Positions 35,190-48,770 of a stretch of 64,000 bases of DNA are shown here, piece after piece. The position numbers were made by a program, and so were the translations under genes. The notes below the pieces were generated by a model that made no database searches, was not told the DNA's origin, and saw only the letters and a list, made by a program, of their open reading frames with translations. How positions within the stretch are numbered: the first letter of the stretch is position 1; each line of letters begins with the position of its first letter. This DNA comes from Mobula hypostoma (taxonomy: Eukaryota): NCBI RefSeq assembly GCF_963921235.1, contig NC_086097.1:245026001-245090000 (forward strand), in the 5' to 3' direction.

Positions 35190-36900
35190 GTGGTGGGTGA
35201 AACTTAATGCCTTCTGCCTCCATGGACCTCAAACCCTGGGACTAGCTGGAAGGTGATGGGTGAAGCCAGGCGGGTGGAAAAGATCAAGGCTGGAGAATGA
35301 AAGAATCTGATAGGAGAGGCGAGTGGACCATAGGAAAAAGGAAGGAGGTGGTGATGGGTAGATGAGAAGAGGTAAAGGGCTAGAGTGGGGAATAGAAGGG
35401 GGGGAGGGTATTTTTTTTTACTGGAAGGAGAACTCAATATTCAAGCCATCAGGTTGGAGGCTACCCAGGCAGAATATAAGATGTTGCTACTCCACTCTGA
35501 GGGTGGCCTGATCGTAACATGAGGAGGCTGTGGACCGGCACGTTGGAACAGGAATGTGAAACAATTAAAATGTTGGGCTATTGGGAAATTCTGCTTTTGG
35601 CAGATGGTGGTGAGGTGCTCGACAAAACGATCCACCAATTTACAATGGAGGCTGCATCGAGAGCACTGGACAGAATAGATGACCCCAGCAGATTCACAGG
35701 TGAAGTGTTGCCTCACCTGGAAGTGTTATTTGGCATCCTGAATGGAGGTGAATGGGTAGGTGTAGTACTTTTGCTGCTTGCAAGGTTAAGTGCTGGGAGG
35801 GAGATCAGTGGAGAGGGATGAATCGACAAGGGAATCATTGAGGGAGCAATCTCGACAGAAAGTGGAGATTGGGGAGGAGGTAAAGATGTATTTAGTGGCA
35901 AGATCCCTTTGGAGGTGGCGGCAGTTGCAAAGAATGATGTATTAGTTGCGAGGGTCATGGGGTAGTAGGTTTCAAAGGTACATTTAATGTCAGAGAAAGG
36001 TATGCAATATACATCCTGAATTTTTTTTCTTCACGACCATCCATGAAAACAGAGGTGTGCCCCAAAGAATGAACGACAGTTAAATGTTAGAAGCCTGAAG
36101 CACCCCCCCAGCTCCCCATTCCCACGCAGCAGCAGAGTGACAATCCCCCCTCCCCCACCAACAAAAAGAAAACATCGGTGCCCCCCCCCCACTAAGCACA
36201 CAACCATGCAGCAAAGCATTAATAAAGACACAGACTTGCAGTACCCCAAAGACTACTCATTCACCCGGTATTCGATATATATATATATATATATATCCCC
36301 TCCTTCCCCCCCTCCTTCCCCCCCTCCTTCCCCCCCTCCTTCCCCCCCTCCTTCCCCCCCTCCTTCCCCCCCTCCTTCCCCCCTCCTTCCCCCCCTCCTT
36401 CCCCCCCTCCTTCCCCCCCTCCTTCACCCCCTCCTTCCCCCCCTCCTTCCCCCCCTCCTTCCCCCCCTCCTTCCCCCCCCTCCTTCCCCCCCTCCTTCCC
36501 CCCTCTCCTCCCCCCTCTCTCCTCCCCCCTCCCCAAATAAGGGAAAAAGAGGTGGCTCCATTTCACAGTGAGACAAAGAACCCTATTACCTTTAAGGCGG
36601 TGGGAAGATTGGGTGTGCACAGATGTCCAGGAAGTTGAGTTATGGGTGAGAGCAGCATCAATGATGGAGGAAGAGAAAGCCTGTTCTTTGAAGGAGTAAG
36701 ACATCTCTGGTGTCCTGAAAAGGAATACCTCATCCTGGGAACAGATACGATAGAGACGAAGGAATTGAGAAAAGCATTTTTACAGGAGACAGGGCGGGAA
36801 GAGGTATAGTCAAGATAACTGTGGGAATCAGTAGGTTTATAAAAGATGTCAGTTGACAGATTGTCTCCAGAGATGGAGACAGCGATTGAGGAAGAAGAAT
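35190..36900 (-). mobile_element. Decayed Penelope element (RT end plus GIY-YIG), interrupted by another repeat at ~35971-36570
   Basis: STDIFYKPTDSHSYLDYTSS (36563-36910) and QHFTCESAGVIYSVQCSRC (35441-35716). Confidence 0.85.
36275..36535. repeat. (TA)n followed by a 12-bp tandem array (CCCCCCTCCTTC)n
   Basis: Directly visible; about 20 units, G-rich on the minus strand. Confidence 0.95.
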
Positions 36901-38045
36901 GAAGTGTCACAAACGGAATGATTATCCATAAGGAATGCCTTGCTTTCTCTCTGGGTTTTGAGTCTTTGTAACTTTGCTTTCATTGAGTTTTGAGGAATAT
37001 TTTAAGGCCAGTTTTAATAGTTGGAAGGGATTGAAAGGCAACATTCATATTTCAGGTTGTCTCTTTGCCTTGCTGAATCTGCTGCCTTGCTACTTCCGTT
37101 TGATCTAGCTTCAACAGATCGCAACAAAAATGCTGTTTTTAGAAACAAATCCATTGATGTCTTAAGGACCACTCAAAAGCTCTGTTCAGATGATGTCTGC
37201 GGCATGTGAAACTACTGCAGTGTCCTTTCTGTATCTGAACTGTGCTTTTGTCCACTGTAATTAGCACATATGAAGACATTATTATCTTCTGTCAGAAAGC
37301 ACCTAGACTGTGTCTAAACAACAGCTGGTAGTTAGAAAGAACACATGAGATCCAAGTAACTTATTAGCACTGCATATATAGGTTCCTCAGCATTGAAAAG
37401 ACCACTTAACACCCAAAAGCTTGTCCCACTTAGGAGCTATCCTTTCCACCAAGGATAGCAAAGTGAAAGGTGAACTTCAGAGAAATGCTTTACCCTGTTT
37501 CTGTCTTGGCACAAATACCCTTAATTTCACTCTACGTTCCCTATCTAATTCAAATTTTTAAAAATCCTTATTGGAAGTTGAAGATATTTTAAAGATTTGC
37601 TTTATTTGTCACATGTATATTGAAACATGCAGTAAAATATGTCATGTGTCATTGGCCAATTTAATTTGAGGATGTGCTGGGGATAACCTGCAAGTGTCCC
37701 ATGTTTCCAGTGTCAACATTGAATGCCTGCAGTTTACTGTCCCTACCCCATACGCCTTTGGACATGGTCACCGGGAGAACGTACAAGCTCCATCCAGTGG
37801 TAGGAATTGAATTGTGACTGCTGGCATTGTAGAACGTTATGTAACCACTATGCTCCTGTGTCCCCCTCAGCTTTCACCCATGGAATGAGCCAGGCTCAAG
37901 CTGATGATTTTGCTGTTGTAGTTATAAATCTTGGAGTGGGACTTTGCACAACCTCATCCCTAAATTTAGGAGGAGCAGGAGAAGATATAAAGGCACCTCA
38001 GATGCTATCATTGTGACCATTTTTGAGAAAAGAGACTTGTGTTTC

Positions 38046-38083
38046 CAGTCCTGACGAAGGGTCTTGGCCTGAAACGTCGACTG
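38046..38083 (+). ncRNA. Minimal type I hammerhead ribozyme motif at the start of a ~130-bp Penelope terminal insertion
   Basis: CAGTC CTGACGA AGGGTCTTGGCCT GAAAC GTC GACTG; flanking duplication CTTGTGTTTCC at 38036-38046 and 38178-38188. Confidence 0.82.
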
Positions 38084-38969
38084 TACCTCTTCCTAGAGAT
38101 GCTGCCTGGCCTGCTGCGTTCACCAGCAACTTTGATGTGTGTTGCTTGAATTTCCAGCATCTGCAGAATTCCTGTTGCTTGTGTTTCCCTGTTGCTTGCT
38201 GTAGAAAAGGTTGTTTAAAAGATGGTCTTCAACCATTGCCATTTGCTGAAGACCTATTGCTTAAATTACAAGTGTGAATTCGAACCATTGAGAGGGATAA
38301 TTGTCATGCTCTTCAGTGCATTAAATGCCAAGAGAAATGTGGTGTACAGTGACAGGTACTTGTGTGGCCTTTAATCTCAAAGCTCCTCCTATCAGAGGGG
38401 ATTGAGGAGCACCCTTCTCATTTATCTGTCTTCAAGGAAAATTAGTTCCCTTGTACGTTTGCTAAATGATGTCAAGATGTCTGTGATTCCGATCAGAGAG
38501 TCAATCTGTTTACTGCCAGCATTGGAGCGATGACACCACTGTGAACAAATCTACACCAACACTTTTCAAGGTTGTTTAGTTATTTCCAGTACATAGTATA
38601 AAGGAGAACAAAATAATTGGTTCTCTGGACTTTACAACAATTCTGGACCAGGTCTTCAATCAACTTCTTACTACTTTGGGACTAGTTTACATTACTAATG
38701 GCAAAGTTTTAAACTTGTAAAGCCACTACTGCAGGATCCAGGTCACTCCAGTCATGGAGTTGTTTCACACAGATGCAAGCTGTTCCGCTTGTACCTACCA
38801 ACATTAATGCTTTTGACTACATTTGGTCTTCTGTGCTAGGTGACTCAAGTATTTGCTTGCATGTTGCTTAAGTGTTGAGTAGCAGCCTCTGTCACTAGGG
38901 CAAGTGTGTATCCAGTCCCCAACCACTGAGTAATTTCCCCCAGTTCCCCTTTAAATCTCCTGTCTGTCG

Positions 38970-40078
38970 CTGCTTGGCCTCAACACTCCCATGTGTCCTT
39001 GGATTCTGGATTTCTTGACAGAAAAACCACAGTCAGTCCGTGTTGGCAGGAACATCTCTGACTCCATCACGCTGAGCACTGGATCCCCACAAGGCTGTGT
39101 GCTTAGCCCATTGCTGTTTATACTGCTAACACGTGATCTGTGCAGCCAGATTCAAGGAGAACCAGATCATTAAATTTGCTGATGATACCACAGTAGTGGG
39201 GCTCATCGGCAAAAATGATGAAACAATGTACAGGGAGGAGGTCAAACACCTAGAGAGCTGATGCAGTGATAACAACTTGGTGCTTATTGTCACCAAAACC
39301 AAGGAGATGATCGTCGATTTCAGACGGTCTCAGCCTGAGCACACACCCCTCAGCATCAGCGGCTCCACAGTGGAGAGAGTGGAAAACATCAAGTTCCTTG
39401 GGGTGCAGATCTCGGACAATCTCACCTGGTCCAGGAACACCACTGGGATTGTGAAACGGGCCCAGCAGAGATTGCACTTTCTGAGGAAGCTTAAACAAGC
39501 ATCACTCCCCACTAACATCTTAACTACATTCTACAGAGGCATGGTTGAGAGTGTGCTGACCTTTTGCATCACAACCTGGTACTCCAGCTGCAGTGCTGTT
39601 GACAAAAAAGCCTTGCAGAGGGTGTTTAGGGGAGCAGAGAAGGTTATTGGGGTCTCCCTACCTTGTATCCAAGACCTCTTTCAGAGTCGATGCCTCCAGA
39701 AGACATGGTACATCATTAAAGACCCCTCACACTCTCTCCATGAACTGTTTGTTCTTCTGCCATCAGGCAAACGTTACAGGAGCATCAAAACTAAAACCAC
39801 AAGGCTACTAAACAGCTTCCTCCCACAGGCAGGCAGACTGCTAAATAGCTGCTCTACCTGACTCGGCTTTGGACACTTTTAACTTGCACTGGACACTTAT
39901 AACTTGATTTTAACTGACATGTGGCTGTTGTGTTTTACTATTTATTGCTACGTTTATTATTTAGTGTTGCATTTGTTATGTTATGATTGCACTGCTCCTG
40001 GGAAATGCTGTCTCATTCTGCCCTGCAGAGCTGATGTACGGTTAGAATGACAATAATGTTTTTTGAATCTTGAATCTT
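38970..40078 (+). mobile_element. Rex1 LINE, 5'-truncated
   Basis: [25 protein letters not shown] and KRAQQRLHFLRKL motifs; (TTGAATC)n tail. Confidence 0.92.
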
Positions 40079-40559
40079 AAACCTACACCCCCTATTCTTT
40101 GACATCTTAAACATCTTTATGGGGGGAGGGGTAGTTTTTGTTTACTGCTGTCAAGTGAAGATGACCATCCTGATGCTAGGCTATGACCTTGTATCAGAGG
40201 CTAGCCTTGATTGCCTGTATATTTCTCAACCAAGTTTTGTAGCATAGTGTAAATAGGGTGTAGGGCTCTGGTATGTTTTGCCTTGGGTATTTACCCTGGC
40301 TGTGTAATTTAATATCCAAAAATGACAAGTAGCTGCTGTTGGTTCTGCTCAGTGCACTGTATGCTTGCTGATATCTACACCCGAGTGTTTGTGAATCATT
40401 GGTCTTGGTAAGGGTATGAGGTGATGGAATTTCTATTATGAAGCTGATTTGCACACCAGATGCAATTATTTTTAAAATTCTCTGTGATGCTGGTGAGTTT
40501 AAGTTGCAGTCAAAATGGTTGAATGATTTTATCAGATAGGTTTATTATTATATACTGAG

Positions 40560-42210
40560 GGTCAACTTGTTTTGCGTGCCATCCATACATTCCATCTCAT
40601 TGCGTTGGTGCATTGAGGTAGTACAAGGGAAAACAATAACAGAATGCAGAATAGTTCAAAAATTCATTTATTAAAGTATACAACTTGAAGTAATTCTTCT
40701 CTAGGTAGCCATGAAACCAAGAAAGAAAAGAAAGGCATCCCGATCGTCAACTCCAAAATCCCCCCTCACCACATGAAAAGGAACAAATGCATCAGCCCCC
40801 AAATCCCTCCCCCCCCGCATGAAAAAAATGAATAAATTGGAACAGGAACATCAACCCCTCAAATCCCTCCTGCACAAAAGAACCAAACAAATCAGAAAAG
40901 GCACATAGTGTTAACAGTTACAGAGAAATTGCAGTGCAGGTGCGAAGCCAGTGCAAAGTGGATTGAAGTCAAGAGGCTGTCTTAAATTTGTATGTGACTG
41001 TTTAGTGTTATATGTGGGATGGAAGCCATCCTTGAGCCTGGTGGTGTGTGCTTTCAGGCTTTTTAAAATCTGTCTGGTGAGGTGGGAGAAGAGAGAATGT
41101 CTGCAATGGGTGGGTCTTTGATGACATAAGGCAGTCAGAAGTGTAGACATTCCATGGAGGGGAGGATGGTTTATGTGATGTGTTGGGCTGTGTACACAAC
41201 TCTGCAGTTTCCTGTGGTCTTGGATAGAGCAGTTGCATTCCAAACTCTGATGCATCTGGATAGGGTACTTTCTATGTGCTATGACATGGGTGATCATGGT
41301 CTTTCCATGACTGTGATTCTCCTTGGCAAATTTTTCTACAGAAGTGGTTTGCCATTGCCGCCTTCTGAACCAGTGTCTTTACAAGATGGGTAATCCCAGT
41401 CATTATCAATACTCTTCAGAGATTGTCTGCCTGGCGTCGGTGGTCGCATAACCAGGACTTATGATGTGCACCAGCTGTTCATATGATCATCCTCCGCCTG
41501 TTCCCATGGCTTCACGTGACCCTATTACACAGGGGCTAAGCAGGTTCTACACCTTGCTCAAGAGTGACCTGCAGGCTAACGGAGGGAAGGAGAACCTTAC
41601 ACCTCCTTTGGAGATGTATCAACACCCTGCCACCTAACTTTCTGTGTTGTATTGATTAAAAATGGGTGAAGGTCAAAGGGGACATACCATCTTTATTCAG
41701 CTTCTTGAGGAAGTTTAGGCTCTAGTGCACTGGGCTGTGATATTGACATGGTTGGACCAGGATAGGCTGTTAGTCTTTATACCTAGGAACTTGAAGCTCT
41801 CAACCCTTTCAACCTCAGCACTGTGATGTAAAAAGGAGTGCAGTATATACATAAACCACTTCCTGAAGTCATAAGGTTGGAAACGCCTGCACTAGACTCT
41901 CCCTCCTCCCTTTAACTCTGAGATTCAGTCCACTGCAGTGGTGTTGTCTGCAAGCATGGCACTGGAGCGGAATCTGGCCACGCAGTCATGAGTGTACGGG
42001 CTGTAGAATGGGGGGCTGAGGGGGCACAACCTTGTGGAGCACCAGTGTTGAGGATAATCGTGGCAGAAGTTTCTCTGTCTATCCTTACTGATACAGACTG
42101 TACAGGAAGTCGAGGACCCAGTTGCAGAGAAAGTGTTGAGTCCCACATCTAGGAGTTTGGAGATGACTTCGCTTTGAGTTATATTGACGACAGCACTGTA
42201 GTCAATAAAC
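40560..42210 (-). mobile_element. Decayed Rex1 LINE with a short nested repeat (~41280-41635)
   Basis: LNTGAPQGC (41912-42148) and HTTRLKDGF (40911-41297). Confidence 0.7.
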
Positions 42211-42254
42211 AGAAGTCTATTTGGTTCAAAACTCAGTGTCGCTGCTGACTAGAT

Positions 42255-42445
42255 CAGGGATAGGCAACCTTAAGCACAAATCATTTTCTAGCATGCATTA
42301 TTCATTAATTTGAGGCAAAACATAACTAGATGTATTTAAATGGATAATTCCCATATTTCAAGTTTTTTATGGCATTTATCTGGCCCACCATCCACTCATT
42401 AATACGCGATCCAGCCCACAGAGGCAAAAAGGTTGCCGACTCCTG
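42255..42445. mobile_element. hAT MITE
   Basis: TIRs CAGGGATAGGCAACCT / AGGTTGCCGACTCCTG; perfect 8-bp TSD GACTAGAT at 42247-42254 and 42446-42453. Confidence 0.88.
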
Positions 42446-42644
42446 GACTAGATGCTCCAGAGATGATTGTATGGCTAGGGAATGGTACCCACCGTGGTCC
42501 CCTGTGGCTGGAGCCGAATTGTATTGGGTCTATTGCAACAGTGTTTGCTATCAATACTCAAGGTGATCTGTATTTTGGTTTTCAAGGTTGAAAGGGGTAG
42601 CTCATCAGTTCAGACTAGTTTTTAACCGGTGTTTGTATTGAGAA

Positions 42645-42894
42645 AGGTCGGCTGGTGGCGCAGTGAGATCAGCGCCAGGTTCGAGAACGGTGACAGACCA
42701 CCCCCGTGCACGCTCTCCATCTGCACTGGGTTGATGTCGAGCTTGGAACTCGGCCTCGTAAAATAATACTCCAAAATGTCCGTGCGAGGAGTGGCACCCC
42801 ACACAGCTTTTCGAACTGCGCCTTGTAAGGCATGAAAAATGCCCGACGCTGGCCTCTCAGCTCTGAGTCGACATCGTCATCATCATCATCATCA
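42645..42894 (+). mobile_element. tRNA-derived SINE with (CAT)n tail
   Basis: A box TGGCGCAGTG, B box GGTTCGAGA; TSD TGTATTGAGAA at 42634-42644 and 42895-42905; related minus-strand copy at ~48990-49237. Confidence 0.85.
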
Positions 42895-43428
42895 TGTATT
42901 GAGAATCCAAGAGTTGGGTGACACAGCCTGTGGAGCTCCTGCTTCAGGACTTCGGTGACCTGGATTCAATCCTGACTTCAAACACCACACTCGTGAGTTA
43001 GGGTAGGTGTGGATGCTTTGGTGATCTGCATGGGTTGGTTAGATGAAAAGCCTGCTTTCATGATGTAGTTTTGCATCATTCTAATATTACTAGTTCTAAA
43101 ACTTCTGTTGTATTTTTTAAAGACATTTATTGTTGAGACAATTGCAACAGCCATGGATATGTTTTAATAAAGTGAACTTACAATAATCGGCCCTTTGCTG
43201 CACTGACAGCTTTCTGGACTATAGGATATTACTACTTTTTTTTTACATTACGTTTACCTGTGAGCTAGGTGCATTTAAATGGAGCATGAGAATTGGGATT
43301 GAGTTCTAAAAGAAGTGTGGGACTTGGGTGTGTTTAAAGGTTACAGCGAAAACAGGTAAGTTCAATGCTGAGTTATTGGTGGTTTTGAACAACAGCATGG
43401 TGGAATTTTGGAGTTTTGCTGTATAGGG

Positions 43429-43627
43429 CAGTGATCCCCAACCGCCGGGCTGCGAGCATGTGCTACTGGGCCGCGTGGAAACGATATGATTTGGTGATAT
43501 GAAACGATACGAGTCAGCTGCACCTTTCCTCATTCCCTGTCACGCACTGTTGAACTTGAACACAACCCACCCCCCACCCCCCCCCGGGCCAGTCGGTCCG
43601 CGGTGTGCAAAAGGTTGGGGACCCCTG
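43429..43627 (+). mobile_element. Internally deleted hAT MITE, same family as 56707-57896 and 60281-61451
   Basis: Termini CAGTGATCCCCAACC / GGTTGGGGACCCCTG and shared subterminal sequence; no clear TSD. Confidence 0.85.
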
Positions 43628-45571
43628 GTTTTTTCCCCTGGTGGCTTTTCTATCAATCTGAAAGCAAGGCAACTTAACGCATGGACAGTACTACATAAGG
43701 CTTTTTAAAAAATTGATCCCTACTTAAGACAACTAAATAAATCAATCTTACAAGTGTCAAAATTATGTTATTTATCATGTGCCACATCCTGCCAGGCATT
43801 AGATTATTGAGAATATTGGTTCATACTTGTGATGAAAAACTAGCATAGGAACATTAAGGATTTGTACAGGAAAATAGATATGAGGATTTGTACTTTATAT
43901 ACTTATTTAAATACAACTAGCTGAATAGGATGTAGGAATATTTTGTTAAATACTGTAGGTCTGATGTAGAATCTGATGGGAATTTCCATGAAGTGGGATG
44001 TTTTAGAAACAGCTCACATTGAAAAGTGTTATTGGAGATGAGGATTACTATTCCTGTCTTTGAAAAAGTACTTAAGAGGCAACATTGGTTCAAATCTTTG
44101 TACTTCTCTGTTGTCAGATGGAGATGCATTTCTTAACCTGTGCTGTAACTTTCAGTTGTTCGGAGGTTGCAAAGTGATAATTAATCTCGTAAAGCCAGTT
44201 TATATGCTTATTAAAATTAAAGTGTTTCTGCATTTATAATCCCATGTTCCTTGAGTAACAGTCCTGTTTCCTAGAATTGAGGATTCTGAGGTGGCTAGTC
44301 TGGGAACAGTTGACTCACTCGTGCATTGACAGCGCAGGTGGTTGGGTAGTTTGTAGGGAAGTGGAAAGCAGAGATGCCCAGCAGATCAAACAGCATCTGT
44401 GGGATGGAAACGGTCAATGTTTCAGAAAGGAGGTCCTTCAGCAGAATTGATAAAACTGGGGAAGGGGGGGTTTCTTTGAAAGGGCAAAATCAGAGTGACC
44501 AAGGGGGTGAGCTATAACAGGGTGAATTAAGGAGAGTAGTTAGAGGGTGAAAACCTAGACAAAAGAAGGTGTGAGTTGTGAAATGCAGAGTAGGAGGACC
44601 TGTCCGCGGATACAATCAAAAGAATAGGTAGGACTTAAGATTTTAGGAAGTCTGCTGTTGTTTCCCTTCTCGTATCCAATCACTTTTGAAACTTTGCAAG
44701 ATGCCCTTGTTGAATTGAAATGTTCAGGCTCCAGAATCCAAAATGACGTCACTACTTCCAGTGCTGTTGGAAGTGGGTATTGTGACTTACACCTGTGCTT
44801 CACATAAAATTGGGCCCTGAATAATAACTACAAACCAGTATTTTTGAACAAAGGTGAAGGGCATGGGCTGTAAGACCAGCACAGCAACTGAAAACGTGCT
44901 TGAAATAAAAAGGTATATTTGGATATTTTTGCAAATATACCTTTTTACTTGTGATTTCTCCTTCAGCTGTGCATCTGTTTTATTATCCATTAATACTGTA
45001 ATACTTTATTACTGTACTATTGTGGATATATATTACATTATACCAATATACTATTCTAAATTACCCAGTCCCTTGCATTTAATACAAAAGTCCTACCTAG
45101 ATTTATTCTTTCAAAATGTAACATTCCATTTGCCTTTCCTCCCCCACCTACCTTGTCGGTTAAGTTTCCGTTGCAATTCTTGATGCTCTATCTGGCTATT
45201 TTAGTAGAATCTGCCAACTTACTAACATTTTCTAGCACAGTAATTTACAAATGTTTCAGGTGTATGCTGTGGAAAGGGAGTAGTTCAGGTGGCGGAGGAA
45301 GAGTGGCAAAGGCAGGAAGTGGTGTGGGTGCAGACACACTCAGCCTTGAGACACCAGGCAATTCCAAACATTGATTTATTGAACATTACAGAATGTCTTT
45401 CTGGTGCCTCCACTTCCCTTTCCCTTTTCCCTACCATGATTCCTCTCTCTCCTTGCTCCCTTCCCACTCTCAGTCCACGATAGAGACCCATATCAGAGTC
45501 GGGTTTATCATCACTCACGCATGACATGAAATTTGATTTTTTTTGCAGCAGTACAGTGCAATACAAAATTA

Positions 45572-45626
45572 CAGTACTGTGCAAAAGTCTTAGGCACCCT
45601 AGCTATAAGACTTTTGCACAGTACTG
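45572..45626. mobile_element. 55-bp Tc1/mariner-type miniature element
   Basis: Perfect 21-bp TIRs CAGTACTGTGCAAAAGTCTTA flanked by TA on both sides. Confidence 0.85.
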
Positions 45627-47592
45627 TATATTCTCATCCAAATCATTAACATAGATCCCAAACAATAATGGGCCCAGCATGGGCATACCACTAGTCAGAG
45701 ACTTCCCGTCTAAGACCATAAGACATAGGAGCAGAATTAGGCTATTTGGCCATTGTGTCTGCTCTACCAGGTATGAGCAGGGAGGTCTTGGTACAACTTA
45801 ATGAAACATTGGTTAAGCTGTAACTGGAATATTGTTGTAGTTTTGATCACCATACTATAGAAACATGATTGCACTGGAGAAGATGCAGGGGAGATTCACC
45901 AGGATGTCCTCTGGGATAGACTTGTTTCAGTTGTGAGGAGAGCCAAGATTGGCTGTTTTTTTTCCTTGTAGTATTAGGTGCCTGAGGAATCAGGTAAAGC
46001 TGCACAAAAATATGAAAGGCATACAAGTGTGAAATCTTACCCAGTGGCAAAAATACATGAGACCAAGAAGCATGGGATTATGGTGAGGAATCAGAGGATC
46101 TGAAAGGAAAAATCATCCAAAAGTTGGTTTCAAGACTTGGAATATTTAAAAAAGGATTTAGATGAATAACTGAAACTCCAAAACAGAAAACACTGAAGAC
46201 AAAATGATGGTAAGTGGGGCTAGTATAGATTGGACATGATGGTGTCTGATGGGCTGAAGGGCCTGTTTCTTTGCTCAGCTCTTATTTCTTGCACTATTCA
46301 ACGATGATGCCCTGACTAATCCAGAACCTATCAACCTATGTTTTGAATATAACCGATAACCTGACCCCCACAGCCATCTGTGGCAGTGAATTCCACAGAT
46401 CCACCAAGGTGCTGTTGGAGATGCTGCTTTTGAATTGGGTGTTAAATGGCAATCCCATTTGTTTCTAGGTGGATACAAATTTTTTGGCACTATCAGAGTA
46501 AATGAATTGGTCAGAATCAAAATCAGGTTTATTATCACTGACGTCGTGAAATTTGTTGTTTTGCGGCAGGAGTACCGTGCAATACATAAAACTTAATATC
46601 AATTGCAATAAGAATATATTTTAAAATGGTGCAAGAAGAGAGCATAATAGTCATGAGTTCAGTCCTGCCTCTTGACCTACTGATCTAAAATTAACTAGTC
46701 ATTATTGTGCTAATGAACCGTGCAAATTCACTGCCTTTTTTGGTGTGTGTGTTATATCAGTGATTATACTTCAAAACTACTTGGGCGTTCTCAGAAGTGC
46801 AAGGAGTTCCTTGATTGTGTAAGCTGTTCCAGTATTGCTGGCTGTCTGAATTATTGCTGCGTTCAACTTGATGCAATGGCACACCTATTTGAAACCTTCT
46901 GATGTTTGGAGATTGGAAATTTTTTTGTGTTAGAGGTTGTATGTGCTATAATGTAACTTAATGTGGATGGAAACTATTGGGGTTTGAGGTTTGTGATTTT
47001 GGGTATTTGCTGTGCCTTCAGATATGTTTACTTTGGGCACTATGGTAGCATAGCAGTTACTACGGTACTCTTCCAGCTTGGAGTTCAATCCTGGTGTGCT
47101 CTAAGGAGGCTATATGTCCTCCTATGATAGCTTGTATATATTGATTGTGTGTACATGAAGTGATGCTAGGTACAGGGGAGTCTGTACAAAAGGTGACTCT
47201 GACAGGAAATGGTAAGGTGGTAGTGGGAGTTGTGGAGCGAGTTAGTGGGTAACTGTTTGTGTCTGGTGGTCCTGGCATGGATGGGAGTGGCACAAACAGT
47301 CCATGAGCAGGGTGGGCAGGATCCTTCATGATATTGCTGGCCTTTTTCCTGCATCTTTCTGTATAGAAATGTAGACGTATTTCCAAACAGCTTTGCTGAA
47401 AATCATCCCTCTACAGAACTCCGAGATTAATGGAGACTATCAAAATTCTACAAAGTTTGGCGCAGTGGCTGAACTAGTATTCCTGCTGCCTCAGTGCTAG
47501 AAACTTTCATTTCTGACATTGGGTGTTGCCTCTTTGGAGTTTGTATGTTCTCTGTTATGGGTTTCCACTGAGTTTGGTGTGGCATGGTAGTG

Positions 47593-48008
47593 CCGTCGTC
47601 GTGGCTATCCCTCGAGGTCGAGGATGATGGTCTTCGTTCTGAAGTGGCCCACAGAGTGAAGATGCCTGTGCGTGTATTTGTTTAACGTGTACTTGATGTT
47701 GCACTCCAAGAAGCACACGATACTTCACAAATCAATCAACTGATTCCAATGGCATGGAAACCACGACGATGGGAGCTGATGGATTTGATGCAACCTTCAT
47801 CCACCTTCGCAGCCGTTGAGTTTGAAGTAACTTCGTCCGCCTGTTCTACCGTTGAGGTCTTGGTTGAATTGTTCTTTGTCAGGGACCTCACCCTCGACCT
47901 TACCACCATGGGTGACCCACCAGGAGCATAGCTCCAGATGGCATTGCTCTTGGGATCACAGGACCACACGAGCTTCTCCACCATGACAAGGTGACAATCC
48001 ACAGAGAA
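47593..48008 (-). mobile_element. Short non-autonomous retroposon (probably RTE-related) inserted in a SINE head
   Basis: 11-bp TSD GCATGGTAGTG at 47582-47592 and 48009-48019; (GAC)n-like tail on the minus strand. Confidence 0.65.
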
Positions 48009-48439
48009 GCATGGTAGTGTAGTGGTTAGTGTAACACTATTACAGTGCCAGTGAGCTGGCTGCAGTTCCCGTCACCCTCCGTGAGGAGTTTGTGTGACTG
48101 TGTGGGTTTCCTCCCAAATCCCAAAGACGTACAGGTTAGTAGGTTCATTGGTCATGTGGGTGTAATTGAGCACACAAGCTTGTTGGACTGTACCTCTAAA
48201 TGAAAATAAGTAAGATTCTCTGGTTTCCTCCGATTTCTCAAAGAATTGGGTTCCTCAGCCCTAAATCTCTTGTCTAAACACCCACACTAGCTTTTTGTGT
48301 CCTCTTCACATTGAGTAATTAATGTCTAAAGGAAGACAGATTGGTTTTAAGAGTGGGCTTGAAGAGCTGGGGCCTGTTTTTCATGTTTAATGCAGTAATT
48401 TTAGAATAATAGGTATAAAATTAATTTGTCAATATTCAA

Positions 48440-48770
48440 TAAGAGGAATAGATAGAGTGGATAGCTAGCGCCTCTTCCCCAGGGCACCACTGCTCAATAC
48501 AAGAGGACGTGGCTTTAAGGTAAGGGGTGGGAAGTTCAAGGGGGATATTAGAGGAAGGTTTTTTACTCAAGAGAGTGGTTGGTGCGTGGAATGCACTGCC
48601 TGAGTCAGTGGTGGAGGCAGATACACTAGTGACGTTTAAGAGACTACTAGACAGGTATATGGAGGAATTTAAGGTGGGGGGTTATATGGGAGGCAGGGTC
48701 TGAGGGTCGGCACAACGTTGTGGGCTGAAGGGCCTGTACTGTGCTGTACTATTCTATATTCTATGTTCTA
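48440..48770 (+). mobile_element. CR1 3' fragment
   Basis: GAGAGTGGTTGGTGCGTGGAATGCACTGCCT (RVVGAWNALP) and an (TTCTA)n-like tail. Confidence 0.85.

Noticed and set aside
36137..36704. Pro-rich and Gly-rich ORFs
   Set aside because: Translations of the 12-bp tandem repeat.
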